Source: Eledone cirrhosa
Taxonomy: Eukaryota
Direction: 5' to 3'
NCBI GenBank assembly: GCA_964016885.1
Contig: OZ024740.1
Coordinates: forward strand, 400,272,001 to 400,336,000
DNA length: 64,000 bases
A program made the position numbers and the translations under genes. The notes under the pieces were generated by a model that did no database searches, had not been told where the DNA came from, and saw only the letters and a program-made list of their open reading frames with translations. Below, in pieces: positions 16,389-30,935 of this stretch (position 1 is the stretch's first letter; each line of letters starts with the position of its first letter).

Positions 16389-16607
16389 CAGTTGCCAATA
16401 TAAGATTGTCTTTATTGACTTATATCGAGACAGACAAATTGTATTCACTTTAATTAGTTTATTTCATTAATAGCTGACTGTCTGTTGCAATGCAAACACG
16501 TTTTGTGTTTATCATATATTTTAATGTATTTAACTGCTCGGAAATGACCCTTTCCTGGAGCTTAATTATTGTAAAGGACTGAGAGCTTATTCTCAGAATA
16601 TTATATA

Positions 16608-16697
<90 letters not shown>

Positions 16698-17187
16698 GCA
16701 TATATCTATATATGTATGTATACATATATATATATATATATGTTTATAAATCAAAAGTGTGCATCCCAAAGCAAATGACCATAATAGTTGATCATTATTA
16801 ATATAAGTTGAGAAAATCGCGAGTAACAGAAACCTTTGACAGCGAGGAATCGAATCCTGAATTTCTTGGTCGCTGAGTTATTGCATTAACCATTAAACTA
16901 TAGAGCCGCTACCCACAACAACTGTTTTGGAAGATTTTAAGTCTGCAGTTAGAAGTGTAAACAAAGCGGTTGGTATGCGTGCGTCCCAGCCCAGATACCT
17001 GTCCTTATGATTTTTACAGAATGAAGCATTGCAAGTCCTTTAAAAATCATTGCCACATGAAATGTATTATTTACACATCTGTGTGTGTGCGCGCGCGCGT
17101 GCGTGTTTGTCTGTGTGTGTGAGAGAGAGTAAGAGAGAGAGAGAGAGAGCGAGAGAGAGCGCGAGAGAGAGTGAGAAAGAGAGATAA

Positions 17188-17260
<73 letters not shown>

Positions 17261-17539
17261 TTGTTTGCGTGTGTGTGTATAATCATATAATATACATGCT
17301 CGCGCGTGTGTGAGGGAGTGGTGTGTGCATGTAAGCACTGTCTTGGTAAGACGTTCGTTCGCCTTGCGCTTCGTAATTTCAGGTTTTCTTCCATTGCTGA
17401 AGATACCCTCATCGTTCAGACCCTACGAATGAACACACCATAAATGTTTAACTTAATTATCATTCTATTTTCTCATACAAGAAGCCTTTTCGAATCCATT
17501 TTCACTTTTGTTTGTTTTTAAATTCATTTTAGTATTATT

Positions 17540-17846
17540 AGTACACGATCAAGAGATATATGCCGGCCTCCCACACATATCTGTCGTTGTGCGTAAAAGA
17601 AGAGTAAGATTTGCTGGCCACTGCCATCGTGCCACCTACGAGACTGTGTACCCATTAGTGCTTTGTAAACCACAAGCAGTCACTAATAACAGGGGGCGCA
17701 AGCTCTCCTATCCCGATGTCATCTCCAGAGATTCTGGTATTTAAATCCAGGACTTGGCAACGGCAATGAACGACAGACCCACGTGAAGATCAATTGTTGA
17801 GTCCATTTCGGCTGAGGCCACCGGATAATGATGATGATGATGATGA
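17540..17846 (+). pseudogene. RTE/RTE-X LINE 3' end with (GAT)n tail
   Basis: EIYAGLPHIS..RRVRFAGHCHR..RGRKLSYPDVISRD, then AMNDR and (GAT)n. Confidence 0.8.
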
Positions 17847-20800
17847 AATTGATGATATTGGAATATTGAATGATATACCACCGAGACAATGATTTTTGTA
17901 TCTTCTCACTCAGACACAACTACTAACTTCTACATACATATACATTTTCACACTCAACACACCAGTCATTGAGTTCTTTACCCCTAAGTCTCTTTAGAGA
18001 GAATACACTGAAGACACATCATCACCCCCTTTTTTTTTTTTGGCTTGTTTGCATTATTCTTAAAAAATATATAGAAATTGTTTGCCTTTTTTTTCATTAT
18101 TTTTTTTACGTTTCCGAAATAAATTTGAATAGCAATAAATTATCAATTGCTATTTATAATTGTTAATTAAGTTTCATTCCCAGAACGTTGCTATTTGATT
18201 GACGCAAGGCTTATTTAAAGAAAGAATAAAAAGTAAAAAATTTGAAAAAATTTAAATATACAAACTGACAATAACAATAATAATAACAATACAAGGAACA
18301 ACAAATCATTACTAAATAATTACGTCTTTGTATAAAGCAAAGTTATACAAAAGTCTCTAATGTTTATAAGGATTTTCATTTATCAAGGGAAAAATAAATT
18401 AGTGTTTTGCAAAACGAAACAAATATAATAAAATGAAATAATGAAATATAACAAAACAGAATATATCAAAATATATAAACAAAGAAATGATATATACAGC
18501 ATAACACTGTTCCCACCAGCTCTGATACAAGAAGCAAGCAATAGTAATGCCACCAACGCCGCCAGTGCTATTTCCACTACTAATACTACCATTATCATCC
18601 CATAACTCTTACAACTACTACCATTATGACAAACACTAAAACCATATCTTCTACCATCATCTCCATTAAAATATATTATAATTATATCAACAACCAGAAC
18701 CATTGCAACTATCACTCCAAAGAACCCCAACCCACCACCACTACCAATGTAATTAACAACACCATCACCAGGACTGCCATAATACTACTTCAAATCCCCC
18801 TTCTAACTACCACCACAAAGACAATCACCAATGCCCCAATACCTTTACTTCTTTTGGCAATGTCCTGTCAGAGAAAACACTACCACACTAGTGTTTTCTC
18901 TGACAGGACATTGCCTGACGGTAGTAAACAACATATAGCCGATATGCTTGAGAGACCATGTAATCTATGAGCAGAACTGTGATATACCAATGCATTACAC
19001 ACACACACACACACACACACGCATATATATATATATATATACATGTGTGTGATGATTTCTCCCGAATGAATCTAGTCCTGTAGAAACCTTTCTATATTAA
19101 ATATTTGTACTCTGCTTTGTATTGAGTACCTTACTTACTGTAGTTACCCCCGATTGAACACGAGATAAACTTAAATATATATATATAACGATTACCACTA
19201 CGCAACGAGAAAATGCGTGAACCTATGTGGGGTTCTTTTATCTGCTAGTCATATTGAACAAACACATGGTCAATGATCAATGATTTTAATCATAGTTTCA
19301 TTGGATAATGACTGATTTAGGCGTGAAACCAAAACTACAAAAGTAAATTTTTCCCTGTCATTCATCATACATTATGCAAAATACGGTTTCTTTCATTTAT
19401 TTTCTGTTGATGAAGACAAGATATTGATCCAATCGATACCTCATTCCAACTGATATTGAAGTCTACCTTGTTTTCGCCGGATCTCGATTGTTCATTTTCC
19501 CAGTTTTGTGTTGGTCTAGCGTATGTGTTATAATTTGTACTCAGAATGCAAAGAGCCGGAACAGATACTGTAATGCATCTCATTGATGCTCTAACTATTC
19601 TGCCAAGGTACCACCAATCATTGGCACTATGTTGAACCTCGAAAGGATGAAGTGGAAATTACACCCGGACCTAAGGCGGTAAAGTGAAAAAGCTGTTACG
19701 CCCGTGGTTCGACGGAATTGTTAGAGCTTTAATCAAAATCTTTTCAGGAATTATAGTACCAGTTTAGTGCATTTTGAAAGTTCATATTCCACCTACTCTC
19801 AGGTCTGGAATAATCGTCCGCCACCCCACTTATTACTTTTTCAGATTTCTCCCCTCGACCCCTGCTTATTAAGTTTTGCTAATCTATCTCCGGCGAAGTT
19901 GTATTGTAAGTGATTCATATTGATATTGATTATTAGATTCATGGAGAATCAAATAATTTTATTTTACATTAAAAAACATTACATATGACAAAATATATAA
20001 AAAATGAAAGAGAGAGAGAGGGGTGGGAATTAAACAAAAAGCAATAGAAGAGGTGAAGTAAATGAGAGAAAGGAGGTGAATAAAGAATAAAAGAGATAAG
20101 ACGCAGAAGTTTACTAGTACTTAATATAATTGATCCCGGAAGGATGAAACACAAAGATGATCTCCGAAACCAACACCACTGTTACATTTTTGCACAAATA
20201 TAAACATAAATGTATAAGTGAAAAGCTTACTTAACAATTATAAATTGTCACATTTCATCGTAAAAAGAATTTGTTCTATTTTCAAAATTGAATATTTAGA
20301 AGCTATTATTGCTGTATTGATATACGGCATTTTGTGTTTCGAATTCAAAACCCACTCGAGTTGAATTTTCCGAATCTCCTATTATTTATAACGTAAATAC
20401 TATTTAAGCTCAGGTGACTACACGAATGATTATACACTTCGACAACATTAGTGATATTTTTCCTATGTTGTATACCAAAATTAATATTTTTATTTCGAAT
20501 TTTAGAGATTTCAGCAAATTAATTTCCTTATTTGACAAAGATTATAGGTCTACTGAAGTTCAAAGATTTCGTGAATCAACTGTCATGTTATTAATGGCGT
20601 TAATGCAGATGTCGATCATGCTCTTCCTGCTGCTGATATGTAATTTTTTAAGGGTTCAGAGATTTTATTGGACTAATGAAATATCCACGTGTAGTTATTT
20701 TGACATTTTACATCGTGTGTAGTATTCAGAAATAGTTTCCAATAGAAGTTGAGTGAATATGTTGCTGGAGAGTTGTTGTCAGCTATAATTATCTAGACAC

Positions 20801-21731
20801 CAGGTTTGCATTGAATAAGATATCGAATGTCTCTTTTTCCTGATGGGTCGTCACAGTAGAGTTCGTATATTCTAAAGTATGAAATGAAATACACTTCAAG
20901 GTCGGTGGATTGTCAGAAGCGGTGGGATTGTTAAAGGTTGAATAAAATACCTGGCTCTTTTCATTCACCGTTCAAATCCCGTTGATGTCTGTTTTTTATG
21001 CTTCCAGGGAATAATGAAACAATTTATCAGTCAATGATAGTGTATTAGCAGAATTGTTATAGCGCTGGACCAATATAACTTACGGTTTCTGTTCTGATAC
21101 TCTCTCTGAGAGGAAGTAACAGCCACGGCTCTCCTAAAAATACCACTCACCTTAAAAAGGCACGATGTATAACGTAATCCATGAAATTCAAAATTAGTTA
21201 GGGATATCGACTTGAATTTAAATATCTTAATCCAAGAGATATAACCCGAGGCTAAACAATAAGTGCTACATTCAAATATAAGCATGTAAATAAAGAAGTA
21301 TATATGTGGATGGCGATACAACATATATGTATTTATACATGCACATTCGTGGGTATGTTATATATGCTAATGGGAGTTTGCCTCTTAGGATTTTTAGTGA
21401 TTTAATGTAAAGTAGAAATTGTTTAATTAAGATCAGCTTTGACTGTCTTAGAGTTACAACAACAGTACGACAGCAACAAAACTATAGTAGTAAAAACAAT
21501 TGGAATAACAAACACGAACATCAACAATAACAATAACAGCATTAGCAAGAGCTGTAGGAATATAACAACAACAATACTAACATCATCACCAAAACAACAG
21601 CATTCACAACAACAAGGCAGCACTAATAACAGTATCAGCAACACAACAATAGCAATAGTATTAGCAATACAATAACAACAATAGCAACCCAATAATAACA
21701 ACTGCAGCATAAAAACAGTAATGAAAACGAT

Positions 21732-21733
<2 letters not shown>

Positions 21734-21762
<29 letters not shown>

Positions 21763-21840
21763 AAAGAAGAAGAAGAAGAAGAAGAAGAAGAAGAAGAAGA
21801 AGAAGAAGAAGAAGAAGAAGAAGAAGAAGAAGAAGAAGAA
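21734..21840. repeat. (AAG)n within a low-complexity ACA/GAA-rich tract (~21450-22560)
   Basis: Direct reading. Confidence 0.95.
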
Positions 21841-22995
21841 GGGGGTGGTAGAGGAGGAGGAGGAGGGGGAGGAGGAGCAGGAGAATAAAAAGAAGAAAAA
21901 GAAGAAAGAAGACCTAGAAGAAAAAGAAAAAGAAGAAGAACAACAGCAGCAACAACAACAAAAGCAACAACGCAACAAAAACGGCAACATAACAATTTCA
22001 CGAGTAACTACACAATAAAAACACAGCAATAAAATAACAATAGTGACAAAAGAGCAGCACAACAAGAAGAGAAAGACAGCAAAGCAACAATATAAACAAC
22101 AGCAAAACAACAATAACAGCAACGATGAAGACAACAATGGCGGCTGTAATACAACAATCAGAAGAGCACAACAATAAGATCAGGAACACAACAATGACTA
22201 TAGCATAAATAATGACCCACTTACAGCGGGTGAGAAAATGACAGCAGCAGCAATAAATAATAACAATAACAATAAAAGAACTAAATAAATAAGTATAATA
22301 AAAAAAACAAAAGAAATACTAGCAGCAGCAGTGACAATGGCGAGAACAGCAGCAACAACAACAAACTAGAGAGATGTTGCTGACGAGAAAAAGTACAACA
22401 AAAAACCCCTAACAGAAAACCAAAACGAAAAAGAAAATATAAAATATAATATATAATATATTGAAATACAGTTAAAATATAAAAAGAGTGAGAAAAAAGA
22501 AGAAAACAGCAGGCTGACAAATTATAGTTAAATGAATAAACAAATAGAGAAATGAGCAAATATACAAATAGATAAATACATAAGTTAATAAACTAGCAGA
22601 GAAATCTGAAGATGTTATCATGGTCGCCAAGTGATAACGAACCGAGGAAGAATACGTTAAGGAAGCTATATAAGCATTAGAGCTAATACTGACATCATCA
22701 AAAGACAGAAGAGATGATGGAAAGATAATCTATAATGAAGATGTCATCAAAAGGAAGAAGGAGTAACGAGGCTTATGATTACTGAGAACTGGAGAAAGAT
22801 GGTGGCAAATGATGGGGTTTTTGGGAGTTGTTTTTTGAGTGTTTTCTTATATTTTTCATTTTAAACTTGCAGAGTGTTGAATAATGTGTGTCTATGCATA
22901 TATGTTTGTGTATGCGTGTGTATGTGTGTCCGCCGCGGGTGTGTCTATGTATATAGGTGTGTGTATGCGCGCGTGTGTATGTGTGTCCGCTGAGG

Positions 22996-23042
<47 letters not shown>

Positions 23043-23531
23043 TGTGTATGCGTGTGTATATGTGTCCGCCGCGGATGTGTCTATGATATATATTTGTGTA
23101 TGCGTGCGTGTGTATGTGTGTTCGCCGTGGGTGTGTGTATGTGTTGTAGAAGCCATGGTAGTATTAAGTTAATTGGAAGCTAAGTGGTCGGTTATCTGGC
23201 ACGTGTTTTGTATTCATATATTTTTGAGACACAAGAGGTGTCAGGGTATGCATAGAAATATAACAGTATACAAATATATTTGTCAACATACTTATATGAC
23301 TACACATATAAGCAGATACACATGTGTACTGATCCAACGTACACTCACAAAAATAACTCACATAGATACACGTATCCGGATATGGGTATATATTGTGTAA
23401 ATTGCAAGGAAGCGAAAAAGTACTCAGTTCAGCTAAATAGAGCCAAATAAGATTTATTCGAAACTATGGCTGCGTGAGGTGTTTACACACACACACACGC
23501 GCACACACACACGCACGCACACACACACACA

Positions 23532-23610
<79 letters not shown>

Positions 23611-23721
23611 CCACACACACACACACATATATATATGTATGTAAAAGGTAAACCGAAATAACAACACAATCGGTACAGGAAGGAATATATTAGGTTAACT
23701 CTTGAAATAGCAGATAGAGGG

Positions 23722-23757
23722 TCTTAACGTTTCGGACGCTAGTCGTTCATCAGAAGA
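23722..23757 (-). ncRNA. Minimal type I hammerhead motif
   Basis: TCTT-CTGATGA-ACG(ACTAG)CGT-CC-GAAA-CG-TT-AAGA, with palindromic AACGTT helix III. Confidence 0.65.
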
Positions 23758-23840
23758 AAGAATGAGAAATAAGATATATTGAAGGGACGGGCGGGATGGA
23801 ATTGGAAAAAATGTCTTTAGATAAAAATAATAGGTCCATT

Positions 23841-23907
<67 letters not shown>

Positions 23908-24042
23908 GAAGAGGTTATATTTAATTTGTTGGGATTCAACAAGCTTAAACATTTTTATAACTGATAAAAAGCATTCAACATTTCAACCGTTGAGGTTGTC
24001 TTTTTTCCGGGTATGTCAATATTTATTTATAAAACAAATCTG

Positions 24043-24108
24043 TATTTTATCTGATGAAAGCGCAGCATAATTTACCTTGGTCGCCCTTGAAATATATATA
24101 ATAAAATA
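24043..24108 (+). ncRNA. Type I hammerhead (family F; element ~23908-24150)
   Basis: TATTTTAT-CTGATGA-AAG..CTT-GAAA-TATATA-TA-ATAAAATA. Same family at 60177-60242(-) and 61486-61549(+). Confidence 0.75.
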
Positions 24109-24146
24109 ATTATGGTTTTATAAATATAGTTTCCATTTATTAATAT

Positions 24147-24200
<54 letters not shown>

Positions 24201-24203
<3 letters not shown>

Positions 24204-25034
24204 ATTTTTGATAAAGGTAGGGTCGGTAAGAATAAAAATAGAAGGCGATTAAATACTTATTTCAACCCGCCATATAATCAGGATGTATCAACTAATATCC
24301 CTAGGTCTTTCTTCACTATCTTAGAGAAAAATTTCCCCCCTTCTCATAAATACCATGGTATTTTTAATAAAAATGTTATTAAACTCTCATTCTCTACCAC
24401 CCCTAATATTAGTTCTCATTTAGCTAGCACTAATAATAGGAAAATTAGGGATGGATTCTCCTCTCTACATACTACTAGTCTGAACGGATCTGACAATGCT
24501 TTACCACCAGAAGAATCCTTATCTAATAGAAATCCTACGTGTAATACATCACCACTCGAGCCAACCAATAATACCCGGAAGTGCAATTGTAGAGTGAGTG
24601 CTAACTGCCCTTTAAACGGTAACTGCCTTTCTAAGAACATTGTCTACGCTTGCGAAGTTATAACTAATTCCTCTAATAGAACTTATATAGGATCTACTTC
24701 AAACACTTTTAAGACTAGGTTTAACTCTCATATCTCTAACTTCAAACATGTTAGGTTTAAGAATTCTACTTCTTTAGCGCATTATATCTGGGATCTTAAG
24801 GGAGCTTATATACCATATAGCCTTAACTGGCGTTTAGTAGCACGCTCTAACCACCTTTATACTCATACTAAGTTTTGTAATCTCTGTATCCTTGAGACAC
24901 ACTCTATAATTTTCTCTAGCGTATCCTTACTTAATAGAAAGTCTGAGATATTCTCTTCTTGCCCCCACGCCATTTCTAATTCTTACTTTTATTATAAACC
25001 CAAACGTTCTAGTAGTACAAATTGTACCCATTAG
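24201..25034 (+). CDS. Penelope-like linker plus GIY-YIG endonuclease (Naiad-like), partial
   Basis: Frame is open from 24201: YFNPPY..FPPSHKYHGIFNKNVIKLSFS..CNCRVSANCPLNGNC..IVY..YIGST..FKTRFNSH..CNLCILE..LLNRKSE..CPH. Confidence 0.9.
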
Positions 25035-25982
25035 CAGATATATTCCATTACTTATGTTTTAGTTTAGGTTCATTTGTTTGCCAACATTATTGTTATCATC
25101 ATTATTACCATTGGTTTTTGATGACTCTTCATTCTAGCTCTCATAATCATTTGGCTACTGTACCATATCTATGTTTTCACTATTACACCTTGGTAATATA
25201 TATAAGATTACACACTTTACGCCATTTACTTTATTTTATTATTATCTTTATTTTTATTTTTATTATTAATTTTATTTTTAATTTTATTTTTAATTTTAAT
25301 TTTATTCAGATTCATCTTTGGATAACCCCCATCCCCTCCCCCTCCCCATCCCCCCATGCGCACATAAACTTATTGTCAACCCCTCCAGATTGACTATGAT
25401 TATATTTAACCCCCCTCTTTTACGCTCCGTTCTATTATTTATTATAGTATATCGACTATATTTTATGCCCCTTTGCACCCTCCATATATTTCTTCAATTC
25501 TGTCCCCATTAGCCTACCTTAATTCTACTTAAGTCAGTTTTTTAGATATCGTTATGTATATGATAGTAAAAAATTTCATTCCTTTTTGTAAACATTTGTA
25601 ACGAAACATTAAAGTTTATAAACTTTAATGACTTAAACTACAGCTAATATTATACTACCTTATTGGATAGTTTTAATATTTTTAATATTAATTTATCAGA
25701 TAGGGTTTTGAGTCAATTAAAGTGATTGTTTTCCTTAGTTTTTACCTAACTACTTAACTGCATGTGAGACCTAAATGTGTATATATTTGTTTTTGTTTTG
25801 TAATTTCCGGTTGATTATATTTATTTATTTTATTCTATATTTTTATATTCTATTTACTATTCACTGTCTGGCTTTAGTTACACATCCACATATGTCTGTC
25901 TACTAACCTTGTAATTATAAGTATTTATATATTATTTTATGTCAATATATCTTATATAATATATTATATTATATTATATTGT

Positions 25983-26166
25983 ATTGTAATATTGATCCTT
26001 ATTACTTACTGTTCATTATATGTAACATTATGATATTTAAACTTTATATATCATGTAAGATGTCTGTATTTTTGTAATATTGTAATATTGATCCTTATTA
26101 CTTACTGTTCATTATATGTAACATTATGATATTTAGACTTTACATATCATGTAAAATGTCTGTATA
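25983..26166 (+). repeat. ~95-bp tandem duplication in the PLE 3' UTR
   Basis: TTGTAATATTGATCCTTATTACTTACTG...ATGTCTGTAT occurs twice, followed by 3x TTTTTTCTGTACCATCATA. Confidence 0.85.
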
Positions 26167-26973
26167 TATTTTTTTCTGTACCATCATAATTTTTTTTTTT
26201 TTTTTTCTGTACCATCATAATTTTTTCTGTACCATCATAGTGTTTTTTTGAGTATTGTATAATTTATTTTTCCTCATTTACTCTGTAACCCAGTATGAAT
26301 CGATTTGTATATATTGTTTATTGTAAATGTTAGTACATTGTTAACATATTATCATTATATTATTATTGTGACATCTATATTGTTTGTGTAAACTAACCGG
26401 GGATTATCTATTATATTATATTGAATTATATAATGTTATTGTTTATTATTTATTATATGTGTCTCTTGTAATTATATCATATTATTGCCTCATGTATATT
26501 GGGTAGATGTATTGGTATTATTTTCACTCTTATCATGCTTATTTTTATATTCAAACTTCTAATAAGGCTTAATTTGTGTAGTTGAACATGGATGTGCGTA
26601 TTGTTGTATATGTGTGTGTGTGTGTATGTGCGCACATATATACATGTATATATTGTACCTTTTGATTTTTAATTGTAATTTTAACGTTGGTAAAGGTATA
26701 TTATTATAATGTATTATGTTATATTACATTGTGTTATATATATAATTCCTGCTCTATATAACCACATTTGTTTAGCTTTAGGTTAGTTGCTTTGGACTAT
26801 ATTTGTAATATGGTTCTTAATGTTATATACATCCTTAGTTATTCTTATTATATATTTTTATTATTTTTATTTTTATTATTATTATATATTTTTGCAAGAC
26901 TTTAGTGTATGTACACTCCATATTCTTCGGAGCTTCCGGCTTGTATCTGCCGATATTACTTCTTGTTGTTTTG

Positions 26974-27018
26974 ATTGCCCTGATGAGTCCTTAATAGGAC
27001 GAAACATTGTCGGCTAAT
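26974..27018 (+). ncRNA. Canonical type I hammerhead at the PLE 3' end
   Basis: GCC-CTGATGA-GTCC(TTAATA)GGAC-GAAA-CATTG-TC-GGC. Predicted GUC cleavage after 27011. Confidence 0.9.
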
Positions 27019-27347
27019 AAAAACTTTTGATGTATTAAAGGATTCTTTGTTTTACTCTCTCAATATATATATATATATATATATTTATTTATTTATATAT
27101 ATATATATATGTGTGTGCGTGTGTATATATACATATATATGTATATACGTATATACGTCATGTTTATTGCACTTTTAGTTCCTTCATTCCCAAAATAAAT
27201 GACAGTAATAAGTAAGGCTTCTCAAAACGTACTTCTTTTATTGTGTAAAAATTCTATTGAGTTGGCATACCAAATAAATATATGAACTTTTCTAATGGTT
27301 CAAGCATAAATGGTCTGTCCCTCACTCTCTCTCTCACTTTCTATCTA

Positions 27348-27464
<117 letters not shown>

Positions 27465-27605
27465 GTATATATAGTTAGGGAAGCAGTAAATTGCTTTTTG
27501 TGATCCAGTTCGTGGTTAAGAAAGCCAGTTTCATGGATGGTTTCAACATACGGTTAGGGGTATCTACACAGGTTTGTAAGAATTCCGTTCAATCTTGGGG
27601 TATAA

Positions 27606-27881
27606 AGTATAAAAGAGAAAACACAGGTAAGCATTAAGAGAAGGATTTTATCCAGGTATTTACGACCGTTTCATTAGTAAGTGCAACCTTATATATTAAG
27701 AATTATTTCAAGAGTAACTTACTTAGTATTTTGAAAATTTGGACTGTGAACAACAATTATAATTGAGTGGCTGCTATTTGCAGTATAGCAATATAATGTT
27801 GCACTTACCAATCAAACGATGGTCAATACCTGGATAAAATCCTTCTCTTAATGTTTACCTGTGTTTTGTCTTTTATACTAT
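27606..27881. repeat. Fold-back element (arms ~27606-27692 and 27795-27881)
   Basis: Reverse-complementary arms. Only the HHR 3' half GAAA-CGGTCG-TA is visible, on the minus strand. Confidence 0.75.
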
Positions 27882-27917
27882 ATGTGAGAAAAACCACAGA
27901 CCCTCCATCTCAACTTA

Positions 27918-27955
27918 CCTTTTGAAAAGCAGAAGAACTGCGAAACCGGTAAAGG
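27918..27955 (+). ncRNA. Minimal hammerhead, U3-A8 core variant (family G)
   Basis: CCTT-TTGAAAA-GCAG(AAGAA)CTGC-GAAA-CCGG-TA-AAGG. Confidence 0.75.
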
Positions 27956-28087
27956 AACCAAATAAATATATATATTTAAAAAAAAATAAGACTCCAGTTG
28001 CATTTTCGATTTCATCTCTTTTTCTTTATACTTTCACTCGTGTAGGACACCTCGGTTATTTTTCATTTAAAAAAAAAACAACCTTAC

Positions 28088-28441
<354 letters not shown>

Positions 28442-28444
28442 TGT

Positions 28445-28658
28445 GAAAGCGTGTGGCTGAGTGGTTAGAGAATTGGATTCGCAATCGTGAGGTTGTGAGT
28501 TCGTTTCCTGGACCAGGCGATGCGTTATTTTCTTGTGCAAGACACTTTATTTCACGTTGCTCCTTCTACCTGGAGTTGCGACCGATAGATAGTATTAGCA
28601 ATTGGAAAGACCAACGGAAACATTGTTTCCTCGGTCCGATTTGACGACAGTCGATCGT

Positions 28659-28660
<2 letters not shown>
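28445..28660 (+). mobile_element. tRNA-derived SINE family 2 (CORE-like)
   Basis: A box TGGCTGAGTGG, B box GAGTTCGTTTCC, CTTGTGCAAGACACTTTATTTCAC. Reverse copies at 31828-32000 and 40600-40795. Confidence 0.8.
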
Positions 28661-28700
<40 letters not shown>

Positions 28701-28703
<3 letters not shown>

Positions 28704-28882
28704 AACAAGTAAGACCCCGACGGCTGAGCTCAAGCCGTTTCGACGGCTAATTCTGGACGTCGAAACGGCTTGAGCTCAGCCGTCGGGGTCTTACTTGTTC
28801 CTATTACCCACTCTACTACCCTAAGTATTGAGTACTCTGGTGCGTTATGGTCCACCTGGTTCCTTACCACTTTTCCTTCGTT
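28701..28882. mobile_element. Family M hairpin element with HHR 3' half on both strands
   Basis: ~45-bp perfect stem 28701-28802 containing GAAA-CGGCT..AGCCG-TC-GGGGTC. Relatives at 38635-38730, 38777-38968 and 59570-59767. Confidence 0.75.
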
Positions 28883-28971
28883 ATATATATATATATATAT
28901 AAAGAAAAAAAGATGAAATCGAAAATGCAACTGGAGTCTTATGTAAAATATATATATATATATATTTGGTT

Positions 28972-29008
28972 CCTTTACCGGTTTCGCAGTTCTTCTGCTT
29001 TTCAAAAG
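28972..29008 (-). ncRNA. Second copy of the family G U3-A8 hammerhead
   Basis: Reverse complement of 27918-27955 with an identical core. Confidence 0.72.
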
Positions 29009-29057
29009 TAGAGTTCAGATGGAGGGTCTGTGGTTTTTCTCACATCTCACATATATA

Positions 29058-29725
29058 TATGTACGTATGGGTTTACCGAACATATATTATAATGCTCGGT
29101 TTGATTGTAAACAAACAGCCCGAATTAGTAGCCGTACGGTGTTCGGCGACCATCGTTGCCCTTTTGTTCCATCGTTGCCCTTTTGTTCAACACTGACTAA
29201 GGAAGGATGAACTAGTTTCTAGCTTATTAGCTGCCATCAGCATCGTAAACCTTCCTGTCAGTCGATTGAACGTTTGAAAGTATATACTTTCCTTATGCAT
29301 ACGTACATATATATATATGTGTGCATGTATGTATATACATACTAGTGTACGTCTGTATACATATATGTATGTACGTATACATACTTATATTTAAGTATCA
29401 ACCGCACTAAGAGTGAGAAATGAAATTTCATTTTTTCCATTTATCGTTTTCGGTACACCCGTCCGACTAACTCACTCGATAAACAAATTAGGCTGCTCAG
29501 CCGTTAATAAGCATAAGGAAAGTATATACTTTCAAACGTTCAATCGACTGACATGAAGGTATACGATGCTGATGACAGCTAATAAGCTAGAAACTAGTTC
29601 ATCGTTCCTTAATCAGTGTTGAACAAAAGGGCAACGATGGTTGCCGAACACTGTACGGCTACTAATTTGGGCTGTTTCTTTACAAACAAACCGAGCATTA
29701 TAATAAATGTTCGGTAAACCCATAC

Positions 29726-29731
<6 letters not shown>
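29058..29731. mobile_element. Fold-back element with HHRs at 29206-29244(-, A9G) and 29564-29604(+)
   Basis: Arms ~29058-29300 and 29510-29731. CGATG-CTGATGA-C-AGCT(AATA)AGCT-A-GAAA-CTAG-TT-CATCG. Confidence 0.85.
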
Positions 29732-29776
<45 letters not shown>

Positions 29777-29842
29777 CATGTATGTATGTATATACATACG
29801 CCTGTACGTCTGTATACTTATATGTATGTACGTATACATACT

Positions 29843-29928
<86 letters not shown>

Positions 29929-30124
29929 CATATATATATGTATATATACACAGTTCAAGAGTAACCAATCTTAAAGAGAGAGATGGAGATAGGAGAGGAG
30001 ATAGGAGAGATTGGTGAATTAGTTAGAAACCAAAGCGTAAAAGGCATGTGATCAATGTGCAATATACAGTAGAAAGCAGCTAGGTGGCTGGGTTCATGCA
30101 GAAGTTAGGCGCGCAGAGCTGAAA

Positions 30125-30774
30125 ATATTCATTAGTTAAGCAAAACAAGACCACACATTTCACAAGGAAGACATTATTAAAATAGTGTCAACATATTTTA
30201 GTTTGATGTAAGGAATGTAGAGAATAATAATAATAATATTAATAATAATAATGTCCGTTTACAATTGTTTCGCTACTCCATATAATATTTTACATTATGC
30301 AACATTCTCTCTTTATTTTAATTTATATTCCTTTGAAGTTCCGATGAGCCGCTCTGTTTTTAAATAGGTTATTTATTTTCAACTGAACCAGATCAATAAT
30401 GATATATAGTCATCTGATCCAGAAATACTATATGGAGTAGCGAAACAATTGTAAACGGACATTATTATTGTTGGATTGGCAGTATCGGTAGAGGGTCGGA
30501 CGCCATGCTTTGCAGCAAAGAGTTACGGCCCTTTCTGGTTTGAGTTCAAATCCGACCGAGGTTAACTTTGCCTTTCATCCTTACGGGGTCGATAAAATAA
30601 TGTACCAGTAATACACTGGAATAATTGCTGGCCTTGTGCCAAAAGTAGAAACAATTATTATTAATATCATTATTATTATTCTCTACATTCCTTACATCAA
30701 ACTAAAATATGTTGACAATCTTTTAATAATGTCTTCCTTGTGAAATTTGTGGTCTTGTTTTGCTTACCTAATGA

Positions 30775-30778
<4 letters not shown>
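30125..30778. mobile_element. Fold-back element with HHR 30338-30456(+, CCGATGA core); right arm split by a SINE
   Basis: GTT-CCGATGA-GC..GC-GAAA-CAATTG-TA-AAC. Left arm 30125-30283 matches 30430-30470 plus 30660-30778 in reverse. Confidence 0.75.
30471..30660 (+). mobile_element. SINE family 1, full length
   Basis: A and B boxes, central domain, tail. Inserted at (ATT)n and absent from the opposite arm. Confidence 0.9.
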
Positions 30779-30832
<54 letters not shown>

Positions 30833-30873
30833 CATACTGTTGGCTTCTTGCTCACATTAATTTCTCTATTTTC

Positions 30874-30928
<55 letters not shown>

Positions 30929-30935
<7 letters not shown>

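Larger units (their letters stand above)
24201..27062 (+). mobile_element. 5'-truncated Penelope-like retroelement in (TA)n
   Basis: GIY-YIG frame, ~2-kb AT-rich 3' UTR, terminal HHR and AATAAA. (TA)n on both sides. Confidence 0.85.

Noticed and set aside
21423-22189. 192-aa hydrophobic/poly-Ser ORF and overlapping frames
   Set aside because: Low-complexity trinucleotide decay with no domain.
28445-28520. tRNA gene
   Set aside because: It is a SINE head with A/B boxes but no complete cloverleaf.
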